This document shows positions 41,284 to 52,645 of a stretch of DNA of 64,000 bases, in pieces; positions within the stretch are counted from its first letter, which is position 1; each line of letters opens with the position of its first letter. The position numbers and the translations under genes are program-made. Source of the stretch: an uncultured Rivularia sp. (GTDB lineage Bacteria > Cyanobacteriota > Cyanobacteriia > Cyanobacteriales > Nostocaceae); assembly GCA_963665115.1 (NCBI GenBank), contig OY762007.1, positions 5,376,001 to 5,440,000 on the forward strand, written 5' to 3'. Below the pieces are notes generated by a model, which ran no database searches, had not been told where the DNA came from, and worked only from the letters and a program-made list of their open reading frames with translations.

Positions 41284-42255
41284 ATGAGAGTAAAAATGTT
41301 TTTACAAAACAAATGGTGGGTAATCGCAGAGTCAAAAACAATCGGCAATAAACCTGTTGCACTGAGACGGCTTGGTGAAGACTTGGTTTTATGGAGAGAT
41401 AGTAGCGGAAAAATAGTTTCTCAAAGCCAACATTGTCCTCATCGCGGCGCAAGTCTTGCATTGGGTAAAATAGTCGATGGTTGTATTGAATGTCCTTTTC
41501 ATGGTTTCCGTTTTGCACCAGAAGGAAACTGTATATTAATGCCTTGTGAAGGTAAAGAAGCTTGCATCAGTAATCAAATGCGGGTGAAAAGTTATGTAGT
41601 ACGGGAAGCTCACGATTTAGTATGGCTGTGGTGGGGAGAGGAAAAATCGAATTATCCACAAATACCTTGGTTTGAAGAATTGGAAGATAGTCCTCAACGC
41701 TGGGCTTCCGGTACCATGACTTGGGATATACCTTTTACCAGAGCAGTAGAAAATTTACTCATCGACGTACATCATATAGCCTTTGCTCATCATAAAGTAG
41801 CTTGGTTATCAGGTTTTGGTTCAGCTACATTGCTCGAACCTTTTAAAGTAGAAGTAAAAGATGAAATAATTCATAGTTGGGGACAGTTAAAATCACCAGA
41901 AACTAATAAAAATAAAAGTAATTTTGATTTTAATCACTGGCTTTATTTTCCTAATTTAGCGCTATTTGATTTTGGTTTTGGTGGAATAAAGCTATTTGTA
42001 GTTGCCACACCAATCGATACAAATAATACTTGGGCATATGCGCGTTACTATACTCCATTTGCTAATCCTTGGATAAGTCGATTAATTTCTAAATTAGCTA
42101 TTTGGGTTGAATTAAATTTAGCTCAACCAGACGATTATAAACTTGTGAAATCAAGCCAACCGCAAGAAAGTGGTTTAAGAGTAAATAATTTTGTTCATGC
42201 CGATCAAACAATAGTGATGTGGCACAAGATGTATGAGAATCAGACGTTAGGTTGA
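41284..42255 (+). CDS. Rieske non-heme iron oxygenase (VanA/PaO-like alpha subunit)
   Basis: CPHRG...CPFHG Rieske motif; EN..DVHH....H iron site. Confidence 0.92.
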   Translation: MRVKMFLQNKWWVIAESKTIGNKPVALRRLGEDLVLWRDSSGKIVSQSQHCPHRGASLALGKIVDGCIECPFHGFRFAPEGNCILMPCEGKEACISNQMRVKSYVVREAHDLVWLWWGEEKSNYPQIPWFEELEDSPQRWASGTMTWDIPFTRAVENLLIDVHHIAFAHHKVAWLSGFGSATLLEPFKVEVKDEIIHSWGQLKSPETNKNKSNFDFNHWLYFPNLALFDFGFGGIKLFVVATPIDTNNTWAYARYYTPFANPWISRLISKLAIWVELNLAQPDDYKLVKSSQPQESGLRVNNFVHADQTIVMWHKMYENQTLG

Positions 42256-42308
42256 TTAGTTAATAGTTGAATAATTTAAAAATAAAAGTTCCAATATTAG
42301 ACAATCTC

Positions 42309-42917
42309 ATGAATACAGAAATCATCCGTTTAGAAGAAAATCAAATCAAACAAGCAACTGAAACTGTTGTTGATGCATTCAGTAAAGATCCTATTTTTGA
42401 ATATATTCTACCTCAAGCAATTAGTAAAAGAGATAAAGTCTCTCGGGATTTTTCGTCAGCAAATTTACGCTATTGCCAGCCATTAAACCATATATATACG
42501 ACTCCAGAAATCAAAGGTATTGCAGTTTGGATACCACCAGGAAAGTATCCTTTAAACTTATTCAGATTATTACAACTGGGATTCTACAAAATTCCATTTC
42601 TACTTGGTCTTAAAGGATTAGAAAAATTTCTATCTGTGTTTGCACCACTTGATAAATACCACGAGAAAGATATGCATCAACTACATTGGTATTTATTAAT
42701 TTTAGGAGTTTCCGAAGCTTATCAAGGACAAGGGATTGGTGGCTTGTTAATTCAACCGATTCTTGAACAAGCTGATAAAGAAGGTTTACCTTGCTATTTA
42801 GAAACATCAACAGAAAGAGCCGTCCGTTTTTATCAAAAACATGGGTTTGAAATTCTAAGGAAAATTGAAGAACCAGTTCAATTATGGACAATGAAAAGAT
42901 TACCAAGAAGTAATTAG
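42309..42917 (+). CDS. GNAT-family N-acetyltransferase
   Basis: WYL.ILGV...YQGQGIG..L, CYLETS...AVRFYQKHGF (ORF is open from 42267). Confidence 0.9.
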   Translation: MNTEIIRLEENQIKQATETVVDAFSKDPIFEYILPQAISKRDKVSRDFSSANLRYCQPLNHIYTTPEIKGIAVWIPPGKYPLNLFRLLQLGFYKIPFLLGLKGLEKFLSVFAPLDKYHEKDMHQLHWYLLILGVSEAYQGQGIGGLLIQPILEQADKEGLPCYLETSTERAVRFYQKHGFEILRKIEEPVQLWTMKRLPRSN

Positions 42918-42999
42918 AGGGAGAGAAGAGGGCAAAGAATGATTAATTTATAAGTCCTAACTATTCGCTGTTAACTGCTCACCGTTCGCTGATTTAACC

Positions 43000-44164
43000 A
43001 TGTTACGTAAACTATTTCGCCGCACACCTTTAGCTTGGCTGCAATTAAAAAAAGAGAAAACTCGGCTCGCGATTGCGTTAGCGGGAATTGCTTTTGCCGA
43101 TATGTTGATGTTTGTTCAATTAGGGTTATCAGATGCACTCTTTGATAGCGCAACTAAACCCCATCAAACTTTGCAAGCTGATTTAGTTTTAATTAATCCT
43201 CAATTTCAAAGTTTGTTTTCAGTCAAAAGTTTTTCTAGAGAAAGATTGCAGCAAGCTTTAGCATTTGAGGGTGTAGAATCTGTTCGTCCTTTATATATTA
43301 GTACTGCTCAATGGCGGAATCCAGAAACTCGCGTCAATCGCGCAATCTTAGTATGGGGAATTGACCCCGGTAAACCCACCCTTTGATTTTCCAGAAGTAA
43401 ATAAAAACCTGGAAAAAATAAAACAACTAAATAAAGTCATCTTTGACCGCGCATCTCGTCCAGAATATGGCCCAATTCCGGATTTAATCAATCAAAAAGG
43501 AACTATAGAGACTTTGGTAAACGACCAAAATATCAAAGCCATTGGTTTATTTCAAATGGGAGCTTCCTTTGCAGCAGACGGAAATATTCTTACCAGCGAT
43601 TCAACCTTTCTAAAACTCTTTCCCAACCGAAAATCAAATCAAATTGAAGTGGGTTTAATTAAGTTAAATGTAGGTGCAGACGTAGAAAAATTAAAGTTAC
43701 AACTCAAGGCTAATCTAGCCAACGATGTCAGAGTGTTGACACCACAGGAATTCGCTCAAACCGAGAAAGATTATTGGGGAAATCAAGGTATTGGATTTAT
43801 TTTCGGTATCGGTGTAGTAGTAGGCTTTATCGTCGGTATCGTAATTGTTTATCAAATCCTCTACTCCGACGTATCCGAACACCTCCCAGAATACGCAACA
43901 CTCAAAGCGATGGGATATAGCGACGGCTATTTAATGGTGATGCTGATGCAGGAAGCTTTAATAATGTCCCTTCTGGGATTTTTACCTGGAATGTTGCTTT
44001 CAATGGGGCTATATCAAATTACTTTTGCTGCGACTTTATTACCCATTGCAATGAAAATTGACCGTGCAGTTTTCGTACTCACTTTAACTATTATTATGTG
44101 TAGCTTTTCGGGTTTAGTCGCAATGCGAAAACTCCAGAGTGCAGATCCAGCAGATGTTTTTTAG
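43000..44164 (+). CDS. devC: DevC-family ABC-exporter permease; apparent +1 frameshift at 43365-43368
   Basis: TPLAWLQL, ALAGIAFAD.LMF.QLG, VIVYQILYSDV..HL.EYATLKAMGY, ADPADVF. Confidence 0.9.
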
Positions 44165-44307
44165 ATTAAATCAAAAATTGCAGGATTCTATTGTAAAAGT
44201 GCCTAAATCTCACTTTATCTCTTCCCTTCGCGCTCTCTGCGTCTCTGCGGTTATTAAAATCGTTAATTTTATAGGGAACTAGCAATATAAATCAATCAAA
44301 CAATCTA

Positions 44308-44991
44308 ATGACTACCAATAAAAACCTTAATTCGGTCAACATGATTCGCCATCTAGGAAGATTATCCGATATAATTTTTGCTTTAGCAATGGCACTAACT
44401 ATTTTCGGGTTTGACTTCCCCAATTTGCCTACATCTATGAGTATTAGTGAAGTAAATGATTTCTTACTTTTGCAATTAGATACTCTCGGAAATTATGTAA
44501 TTACATTCGTAATTTTAGCTTTTTACTGGATAGACCATGTAAAACAGTTTAGTTATTATCAAAGAACAAATGAAATACATCTTTGGATTTATCTAGTATA
44601 TCTCATGTGTTTATTTATAATTCCTTATTCCAACGTATTAATCGCGTCTTTTCCTCAAAATGCAACAATTCAAATTTCCTATAGCATTAATGTATTCTTA
44701 ATCGGCTTCTTCTCATTTTTGAATTGGACTTACGCAACATATAAACATCATTTAGTAGATAAAAATTTAGATAAGACAACTATTCAATATATAAGAATAA
44801 CATCATTAATAGAGCCAATCGTCGCTTTAATAACGATTGTTGTTGCATTTTTAAAACCATCATTATGGGATATATCCTGGGCATCGGTAATAATTTTTTA
44901 TCTTATTGCAGAAATATTTGTTAAAAAATCTGCCGATAGCGAGTTAACAGATAATTCAAATAATGATAATAAATCTGAAGCGATAAATTAA
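44308..44991 (+). CDS. TMEM175/DUF1211-family membrane protein with a divergent signature
   Basis: LSDIIFALAMAL, YVITF..LAFYW..H...F, IPYS; about six TM segments. Confidence 0.8.
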   Translation: MTTNKNLNSVNMIRHLGRLSDIIFALAMALTIFGFDFPNLPTSMSISEVNDFLLLQLDTLGNYVITFVILAFYWIDHVKQFSYYQRTNEIHLWIYLVYLMCLFIIPYSNVLIASFPQNATIQISYSINVFLIGFFSFLNWTYATYKHHLVDKNLDKTTIQYIRITSLIEPIVALITIVVAFLKPSLWDISWASVIIFYLIAEIFVKKSADSELTDNSNNDNKSEAIN

Positions 44992-45007
44992 TGTAGGAGC
45001 TATTTTA

Positions 45008-45817
45008 ATGACAGAAGAATCAACTAATTCAATTAATAATCAAACCCGCGAAGCTTGGAATGCTACCGCCCAAGTTTGGGATGAAAAAATGGGTGATGAA
45101 GGTAACGACTTTCATAAATATTTAGTTCGTCCAGCGATAGAAAAGTTATTGCAATTAAAACTGGGACAAAAAATATTAGATGTTGGCTGTGGAAACGGTT
45201 TAACAACTCGTAGATTAGCTAGTTTGGGTGCAAAAGTTACTGGAATAGACTTTGCATCAGAAATGATTAACAATGCTCGTAAAAGGACTAAAGACAATCA
45301 AGAATTAATTAAATATCAAGTTTTAGACGCTACTAATGAAACAGCATTATTAAAATTTGGTGAAAACTCCTTTGATGCAGCAGTTTCCGCAATGACTTTA
45401 ATGGATATGGCAGAAATTGAGCCATTATTCCGAGCGCTGACAAAGTTAGTTTGTCCCGGTGGTTGTTTCATTTTTGCGATACAGCATCCTTGTTTTAACA
45501 GTATGCATACTAGCATGGCAGCAGAGTTAATAGAAAATGAAAAAGAAATTTATACAAAATATTCCGTTAAGGTTAAAGGCTATCTAAAACCTAGTCAAAA
45601 GCGCGGATTAGCATTAGAAAATCAACCGCAGCCACATACTTATTTTCATCGTCCTTTACATATTTTGTTAAATACAGCTTTTAAAGCTGGTTTTGTTCTA
45701 GATGGATTAGAAGAACCCGCTTTTCCTCCGGAATTAGCTGCTAAAAATATTTACATTGGTTGGTCAAAATTTAGCGAAATTCCACCCGTAATTGTGGCAA
45801 AATTACGACTTTTATAA
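45008..45817 (+). CDS. Class I SAM-dependent methyltransferase
   Basis: ILDVGCGNG, GIDFA, FDAAVS, HPCF, YFHRPL. Confidence 0.92.
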   Translation: MTEESTNSINNQTREAWNATAQVWDEKMGDEGNDFHKYLVRPAIEKLLQLKLGQKILDVGCGNGLTTRRLASLGAKVTGIDFASEMINNARKRTKDNQELIKYQVLDATNETALLKFGENSFDAAVSAMTLMDMAEIEPLFRALTKLVCPGGCFIFAIQHPCFNSMHTSMAAELIENEKEIYTKYSVKVKGYLKPSQKRGLALENQPQPHTYFHRPLHILLNTAFKAGFVLDGLEEPAFPPELAAKNIYIGWSKFSEIPPVIVAKLRLL

Positions 45818-45872
45818 TGTAGAGACGCTATATATCGCGTCTCTAAAAACCACAAATTACCAATTACAAATC

Positions 45873-46580
45873 ATGTCACCACAACCCGTAATCTCTGTAA
45901 AAAATCTCAACCATTACTTCGGGGATAAAAATCTCCGCAAACAAGTATTATTCGATATCAACTTAAATATTCATGCTGGCGAAATTGTAATTTTAACTGG
46001 CCCCTCTGGCTCCGGAAAAACAACTTTACTAACTTTAATGGGTGGCTTACGTTCCGCCCAAGAAGGTAGTTTGAAGATTTTAAAACAAGAAATACATGGA
46101 GCAAGCAAGCAGCAATTAACTAAAATTCGTCAATACATCGGCTATATTTTTCAAGCTCATAACTTGATGAGCTTTTTAACAGCTAAACAAAACGTCAAAA
46201 TGTCTTTAGAACTACACGACGAATTTTTAGAACAGAATATTGATGTTAAAGCTATAGAAATTTTAGAGCAAGTCGGATTAGGAGATCGAGTAGATTATTA
46301 TCCAGAAAGTTTATCAGGAGGACAAAAACAAAGAGTGGCGATCGCTCGTGCTTTAGCCAGTAATCCCAAAATAGTTTTAGCCGATGAACCAACAGCTGCT
46401 CTTGATAAGAAATCAGGACGGGATGTAGTGGAAATTATGTATAAATTAGCTAAAGAACAAGGTTGTACAATTTTGTTAGTCACCCACGATAACCGTATTT
46501 TAGATATTGGTGACAGAATCATTTATATGGAAGATGGATTGATTCGTGATGGGGTTGATGCTGCTACGAAAGTAAGTTGA
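45873..46580 (+). CDS. devA: DevA-family ABC transporter ATP-binding protein
   Basis: GPSGSGKTT, GYIFQAHNL, LSGGQKQRVAIARAL, LADEPTAALD, VTHD. Confidence 0.93.
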   Translation: MSPQPVISVKNLNHYFGDKNLRKQVLFDINLNIHAGEIVILTGPSGSGKTTLLTLMGGLRSAQEGSLKILKQEIHGASKQQLTKIRQYIGYIFQAHNLMSFLTAKQNVKMSLELHDEFLEQNIDVKAIEILEQVGLGDRVDYYPESLSGGQKQRVAIARALASNPKIVLADEPTAALDKKSGRDVVEIMYKLAKEQGCTILLVTHDNRILDIGDRIIYMEDGLIRDGVDAATKVS

Positions 46581-46758
46581 TTTTTATCGGTAATGGGTAA
46601 TTGATAATTGGTAATTAGTGATAGCGTAGAAGAATATAAACTGAAAATATTGACTAATATTCCCGCTAAGATAGCAATAACTTTTAGTCCTATTTATAGA
46701 ATTTACGCTATTAGCTTGGAGTTTGCGACCTTAAGCGGATCTAAATAATTTCAATAAT

Positions 46759-47532
46759 ATGAACTTAATTCAAAACACATCTTCATTATCAAAAGTTAAA
46801 CCAGAATATCGAAAACTATTAAATGAATTAAAAACAAAAATTGAAAATAGCTTTACTACAGATTTAATTGCTTATTACCTATTAGGAAGCATCGGACGTG
46901 GAGAGGATAAACCTGGTATTTCCGATATGGACACAGAAATTATTATAAAATGTCAAATTACCGATGAAGATAAAGTATGGTTAGATAAACTTAGAGCCGA
47001 AATTGAACCCAAATATCCTATTCTTGAGCGGCTTGATATTGATTTAATCGAACAGAAGGAATTTGATGAACCAGGTATAGAACAATTCAAATTTATTCTT
47101 AAAACTGATAGTGTCCTGATTTGCGGTCAAGATATTACAGCTTCATTTAAATCGTTTTCGCCAGGTTTAGAACTAGCTCAACTTTTAAATCATAAATACC
47201 GCGATTTACTTGAAGAACTAATAAATTATCTTCCCGAACCGGACAAAGAAGACCAAAATCATCCAGAATATATAAAAGACCATATACGATGGATAGCTAA
47301 AAAGGCATTACGTTTAAGTCTGGGTATTATCATGGTTGATGAACCATACTATACAAGAAGTATGGAAGAAATGGCGAAGAAATTTGCGGAAAAATATCCC
47401 ATTTATCAATCTCAAATACAAAAAACTTTACTTCAATATCATCAACCGACAAATGATTTAGATGAAGCAATTGCCTTTTGTCACGAACTTAGCGAAACAA
47501 TATATCAACTTGCGGATGAAAAATTAATCTAA
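46759..47532 (+). CDS. Pol-beta-superfamily nucleotidyltransferase-domain protein
   Basis: YLLGSIGRGE...SDMD motif followed by a helical C-terminal domain. Confidence 0.75.
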   Translation: MNLIQNTSSLSKVKPEYRKLLNELKTKIENSFTTDLIAYYLLGSIGRGEDKPGISDMDTEIIIKCQITDEDKVWLDKLRAEIEPKYPILERLDIDLIEQKEFDEPGIEQFKFILKTDSVLICGQDITASFKSFSPGLELAQLLNHKYRDLLEELINYLPEPDKEDQNHPEYIKDHIRWIAKKALRLSLGIIMVDEPYYTRSMEEMAKKFAEKYPIYQSQIQKTLLQYHQPTNDLDEAIAFCHELSETIYQLADEKLI

Positions 47533-47554
47533 ACTAAAAAAAGACACGAAATCG

Positions 47555-48316
47555 GTGGATAATTTTATGGTTGAACAAATTTTAGTATCTGACGATAACT
47601 TCTATATCCCAGACGTTAACAAATTAGTTACCGAAGACGATACGCCTGTGGATAATTTTGCTTCCGAAAAACAACAACGGCTTTTAGTCGGTTCTCTTTA
47701 CAGTTCTTTACAAAATCAAACTTTTATAGCAGCAGCAAATGTTGGAATCTATCATATATACAAACAACCTCCTATAGTTCCCGATGTGTTCCTCAGCTTC
47801 GATGTTCAAGTACCGGAAAACTGGTGGGAAAAACGCAATCGTTGTTATCTGGTTTGGGAATTTGGTAAACCTCCAGAAGTTGTAATTGAAATTGTCTCGA
47901 ATAAAATCGGCGATGAATTGGGCGATAAACTAAAAACTTACGAACATATGCGAGTAAGTTATTACATAGTATATGACCCGACTCAGCAATTAGGAGAAAA
48001 ACAGCTTCGGATATACGAGCTTGTTGGAAGACGTTTTAGAGAAACTTCGGAAACCTGGTTAGAACAAGTTGAACTAGGTTTAACTTTATGGGAGGGAGAA
48101 TTTGAAGGAAGACAAGATACTTGGTTACGTTGGTGCTACCAAGATGGTACCGTTTTACCGACAGGAGACGAACGCGCTCAAACTGCCGAACAACGCGCCC
48201 AAACAGCACAACAACAAGCCGAAGATGAAAAACAGCAAAAACAACAAGCGCTTTCTCGTGCGGAACTTTTAGCTGAAAAATTGCGTGAAATGGGTGTCAA
48301 TCCAGATGATTTATAA
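47555..48316 (+). CDS. Uma2-family putative endonuclease (paralog 2)
   Basis: Highly similar to 38491..39222. Confidence 0.9.
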   Translation: MDNFMVEQILVSDDNFYIPDVNKLVTEDDTPVDNFASEKQQRLLVGSLYSSLQNQTFIAAANVGIYHIYKQPPIVPDVFLSFDVQVPENWWEKRNRCYLVWEFGKPPEVVIEIVSNKIGDELGDKLKTYEHMRVSYYIVYDPTQQLGEKQLRIYELVGRRFRETSETWLEQVELGLTLWEGEFEGRQDTWLRWCYQDGTVLPTGDERAQTAEQRAQTAQQQAEDEKQQKQQALSRAELLAEKLREMGVNPDDL

Positions 48317-48321
48317 AAATA

Positions 48322-49071
48322 TTATTTCGTTGCAACATACTTTTTAACAGCTTCCTTCCAAATTAAATAAGCTTTGCCGTTTAAATGTACGCCATCTGTC
48401 GTATATTTAACATCTAATTGATTTTCGGAATCTGCTAATTTAGAAAATACATCTATATATTGATAATTAAATTCTTTTGCTAATTCTTGCAATTGCGAGT
48501 TGAATTTAATTACCTTTTGATTATTTTCCAAAAAATAAGTTAAGTTATTATTTACCGGCAGAACACTTTGAATATATACTTCTGTTTGTGGAATTTTATT
48601 TTGAAACTCTTCTAAAATAATTTTATATTTACTCAATACTTCTTCTATTGATTTCTTTTCATTAACAAAATCATTAATCCCAACCATCAAAAAAATCTGC
48701 TTTGGCTTTGTCTGAATAATCGCATCCAAACGATTCAATATTCTTCGCGTTGTGTCGCCAGAAATCCCTCGATTGAGAATATGTTTATTTTCTAATAACT
48801 CTACCCATTCGCCTTCATCGGTTATACTATCTCCTAAAAATATAATAGAATCATTTGATTGCGTAAGTATTTCAAATTGACTCTTTTTATGTTTGTAATA
48901 AGAATTGATATTCAAATCGGTTTGAATATTTTTCTTACCCAGAGTTAAAAGTTTGCTTTTTATATAATAAATTCCACCATTTCGGAAAATTATAGAAAGT
49001 ACAAACAATAAAACTAAAACATTAAAGCTTATAGAAATTAGCAGTAATAGGCTATTAAGATTGTAGTTCAT
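48322..49071 (-). CDS. SGNH/GDSL-family lipase/esterase with N-terminal TM anchor
   Basis: FLGDSIT, NRGISGD, GIND, DGVH. Confidence 0.92.
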   Translation of the reverse strand: MNYNLNSLLLLISISFNVLVLLFVLSIIFRNGGIYYIKSKLLTLGKKNIQTDLNINSYYKHKKSQFEILTQSNDSIIFLGDSITDEGEWVELLENKHILNRGISGDTTRRILNRLDAIIQTKPKQIFLMVGINDFVNEKKSIEEVLSKYKIILEEFQNKIPQTEVYIQSVLPVNNNLTYFLENNQKVIKFNSQLQELAKEFNYQYIDVFSKLADSENQLDVKYTTDGVHLNGKAYLIWKEAVKKYVATK

Positions 49072-49193
49072 CCTACTATTTTTAATTCTAAGAAAACTAA
49101 TAAAGAAGCGCTTATGCATTTTAGAACACGCCAGTATTTCTAAATTCGGTATTACCAATAATTGAAATTTAAGCAATACACAACTTTGATTAA

Positions 49194-50192
49194 TTAGGAT
49201 TTTACTGGAATGAAATCATTTACATTGTCATTATTGATAAATTTTTGAATTCGCAACCAAACCTGTTCTAACAAATCCGGAGATTCAGTATCAAACCATT
49301 CAATTTGAGAATTTTTTCTAAACCAAGTCCGCTGACGTTTTGCGAATTGACGTGTATGTAAAACCGTTAATTCCTTCGCTTCATCTAAAGAAATATTTCC
49401 TGCTAAATATTGCTTTATCTCTTGATAACCCAAAGTGTTGAGTAAGGGTAAATCCTTGCCATACTTCTGACAAAGATATTCGACTTCCTCAACAAAACCA
49501 TTCTCTACCATACTCTCGGTTCTACGTGCAATGCGATTTGTCAGGTGAGCAACATCGCAATCTAAACCAATTTGCAGAATCGGATAATCCGGTGGATTTT
49601 CTCCCTGCAACTCCGAAATAGGACTACCAGTAATATAAAATACCTCTAATGCCCTCAAAGTCCGGACAGAATCGTGGGGATGAATTTTTTGTGCTGCAAA
49701 AGAGTCAACTTGTTGTAACATAGCGTAGAGTTGGGTTTGACCAATGCTAATAAGTTGCGATCGCAATTCTTTCTGAGGTGCTACTCTGGGAATTTTCATC
49801 CCACGCACGATTGATTTAATATACAATCCAGTACCGCCGACTAGGAAGGTGGGAAGATGGGGAGATTGGGAGACAAGGGGAAAAGGAGACAAGGGGATGG
49901 GGAGAATATCTTCTAAACTTTGACCTTTAACCTCTAACCTTTGACCTAAAATCCTTTGTGCTTGTTGTTGATAGTCAGCAACCGTCATTGTGTCGATTGG
50001 ACTGCATATATCAATTAAATAATGGGGCACTAACTTTTGTTCGGAAATTGTTGGTTTTGCGGTGCCGATGTTAAATTCCCGGTATACTTGGCGAGAATCA
50101 GCACTGACTATGATGGAATTACAGCGTTGAGCTAAAGCCAAAGCTAATCCGGATTTACCTGTTGCTGTTGCACCACAAATTACAATTAACAT
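49194..50192 (-). CDS. miaA: tRNA dimethylallyltransferase
   Basis: GATATGKS, DSRQVY, GTAKP, VGGTGLY, RALEV, TRQFAKRQRTWF. Confidence 0.97.
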   Translation of the reverse strand: MLIVICGATATGKSGLALALAQRCNSIIVSADSRQVYREFNIGTAKPTISEQKLVPHYLIDICSPIDTMTVADYQQQAQRILGQRLEVKGQSLEDILPIPLSPFPLVSQSPHLPTFLVGGTGLYIKSIVRGMKIPRVAPQKELRSQLISIGQTQLYAMLQQVDSFAAQKIHPHDSVRTLRALEVFYITGSPISELQGENPPDYPILQIGLDCDVAHLTNRIARRTESMVENGFVEEVEYLCQKYGKDLPLLNTLGYQEIKQYLAGNISLDEAKELTVLHTRQFAKRQRTWFRKNSQIEWFDTESPDLLEQVWLRIQKFINNDNVNDFIPVKS

Positions 50193-50570
50193 AAGGATTT
50201 CGATTTAATCTTTACTTATTGGGATTCCGTTTCCAACACTATTCCCCGTTCCCTGTTCCCTTTTTCACAACCCAACCTTCAATCTAAAACCTAAAACTAT
50301 TCCCCTAAAAACAAAAAGAAATAATTTTTAACTTTTAACTTTTAATTTATAATTTTTTATCGACTAGTTTTTTCTAACTGGATTTTCGCGAGTCAAAGCC
50401 TTTATGTGCAGTCATAGAGCGTACTTATCCTTAGCTGGAATGAGTACAATTTCTCATAAATGCCATTATTTTAACCGGGTATTGCCAGAAGGATAAATTT
50501 CACTTCTAACACCTCTAGATTCCCCTGCAAGGCTTTTGTGCTAGAATCTGGGAGTGTTTTTGAGTTTTGA

Positions 50571-52553
<1,983 letters not shown>

Positions 52554-52594
52554 TATCCACTTTGGTTCAAATTTTGAATTATTTATTGTTATTG

Positions 52595-52645
52595 GCGATC
52601 GGTAAGTGACTTTGAGGAGACAACACAATTACCGATCGCTTTTTT
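52595..52645 (+). terminator. gyrB terminator
   Basis: gcgatcggtaa ... ttaccgatcgc followed by T6. Confidence 0.75.
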
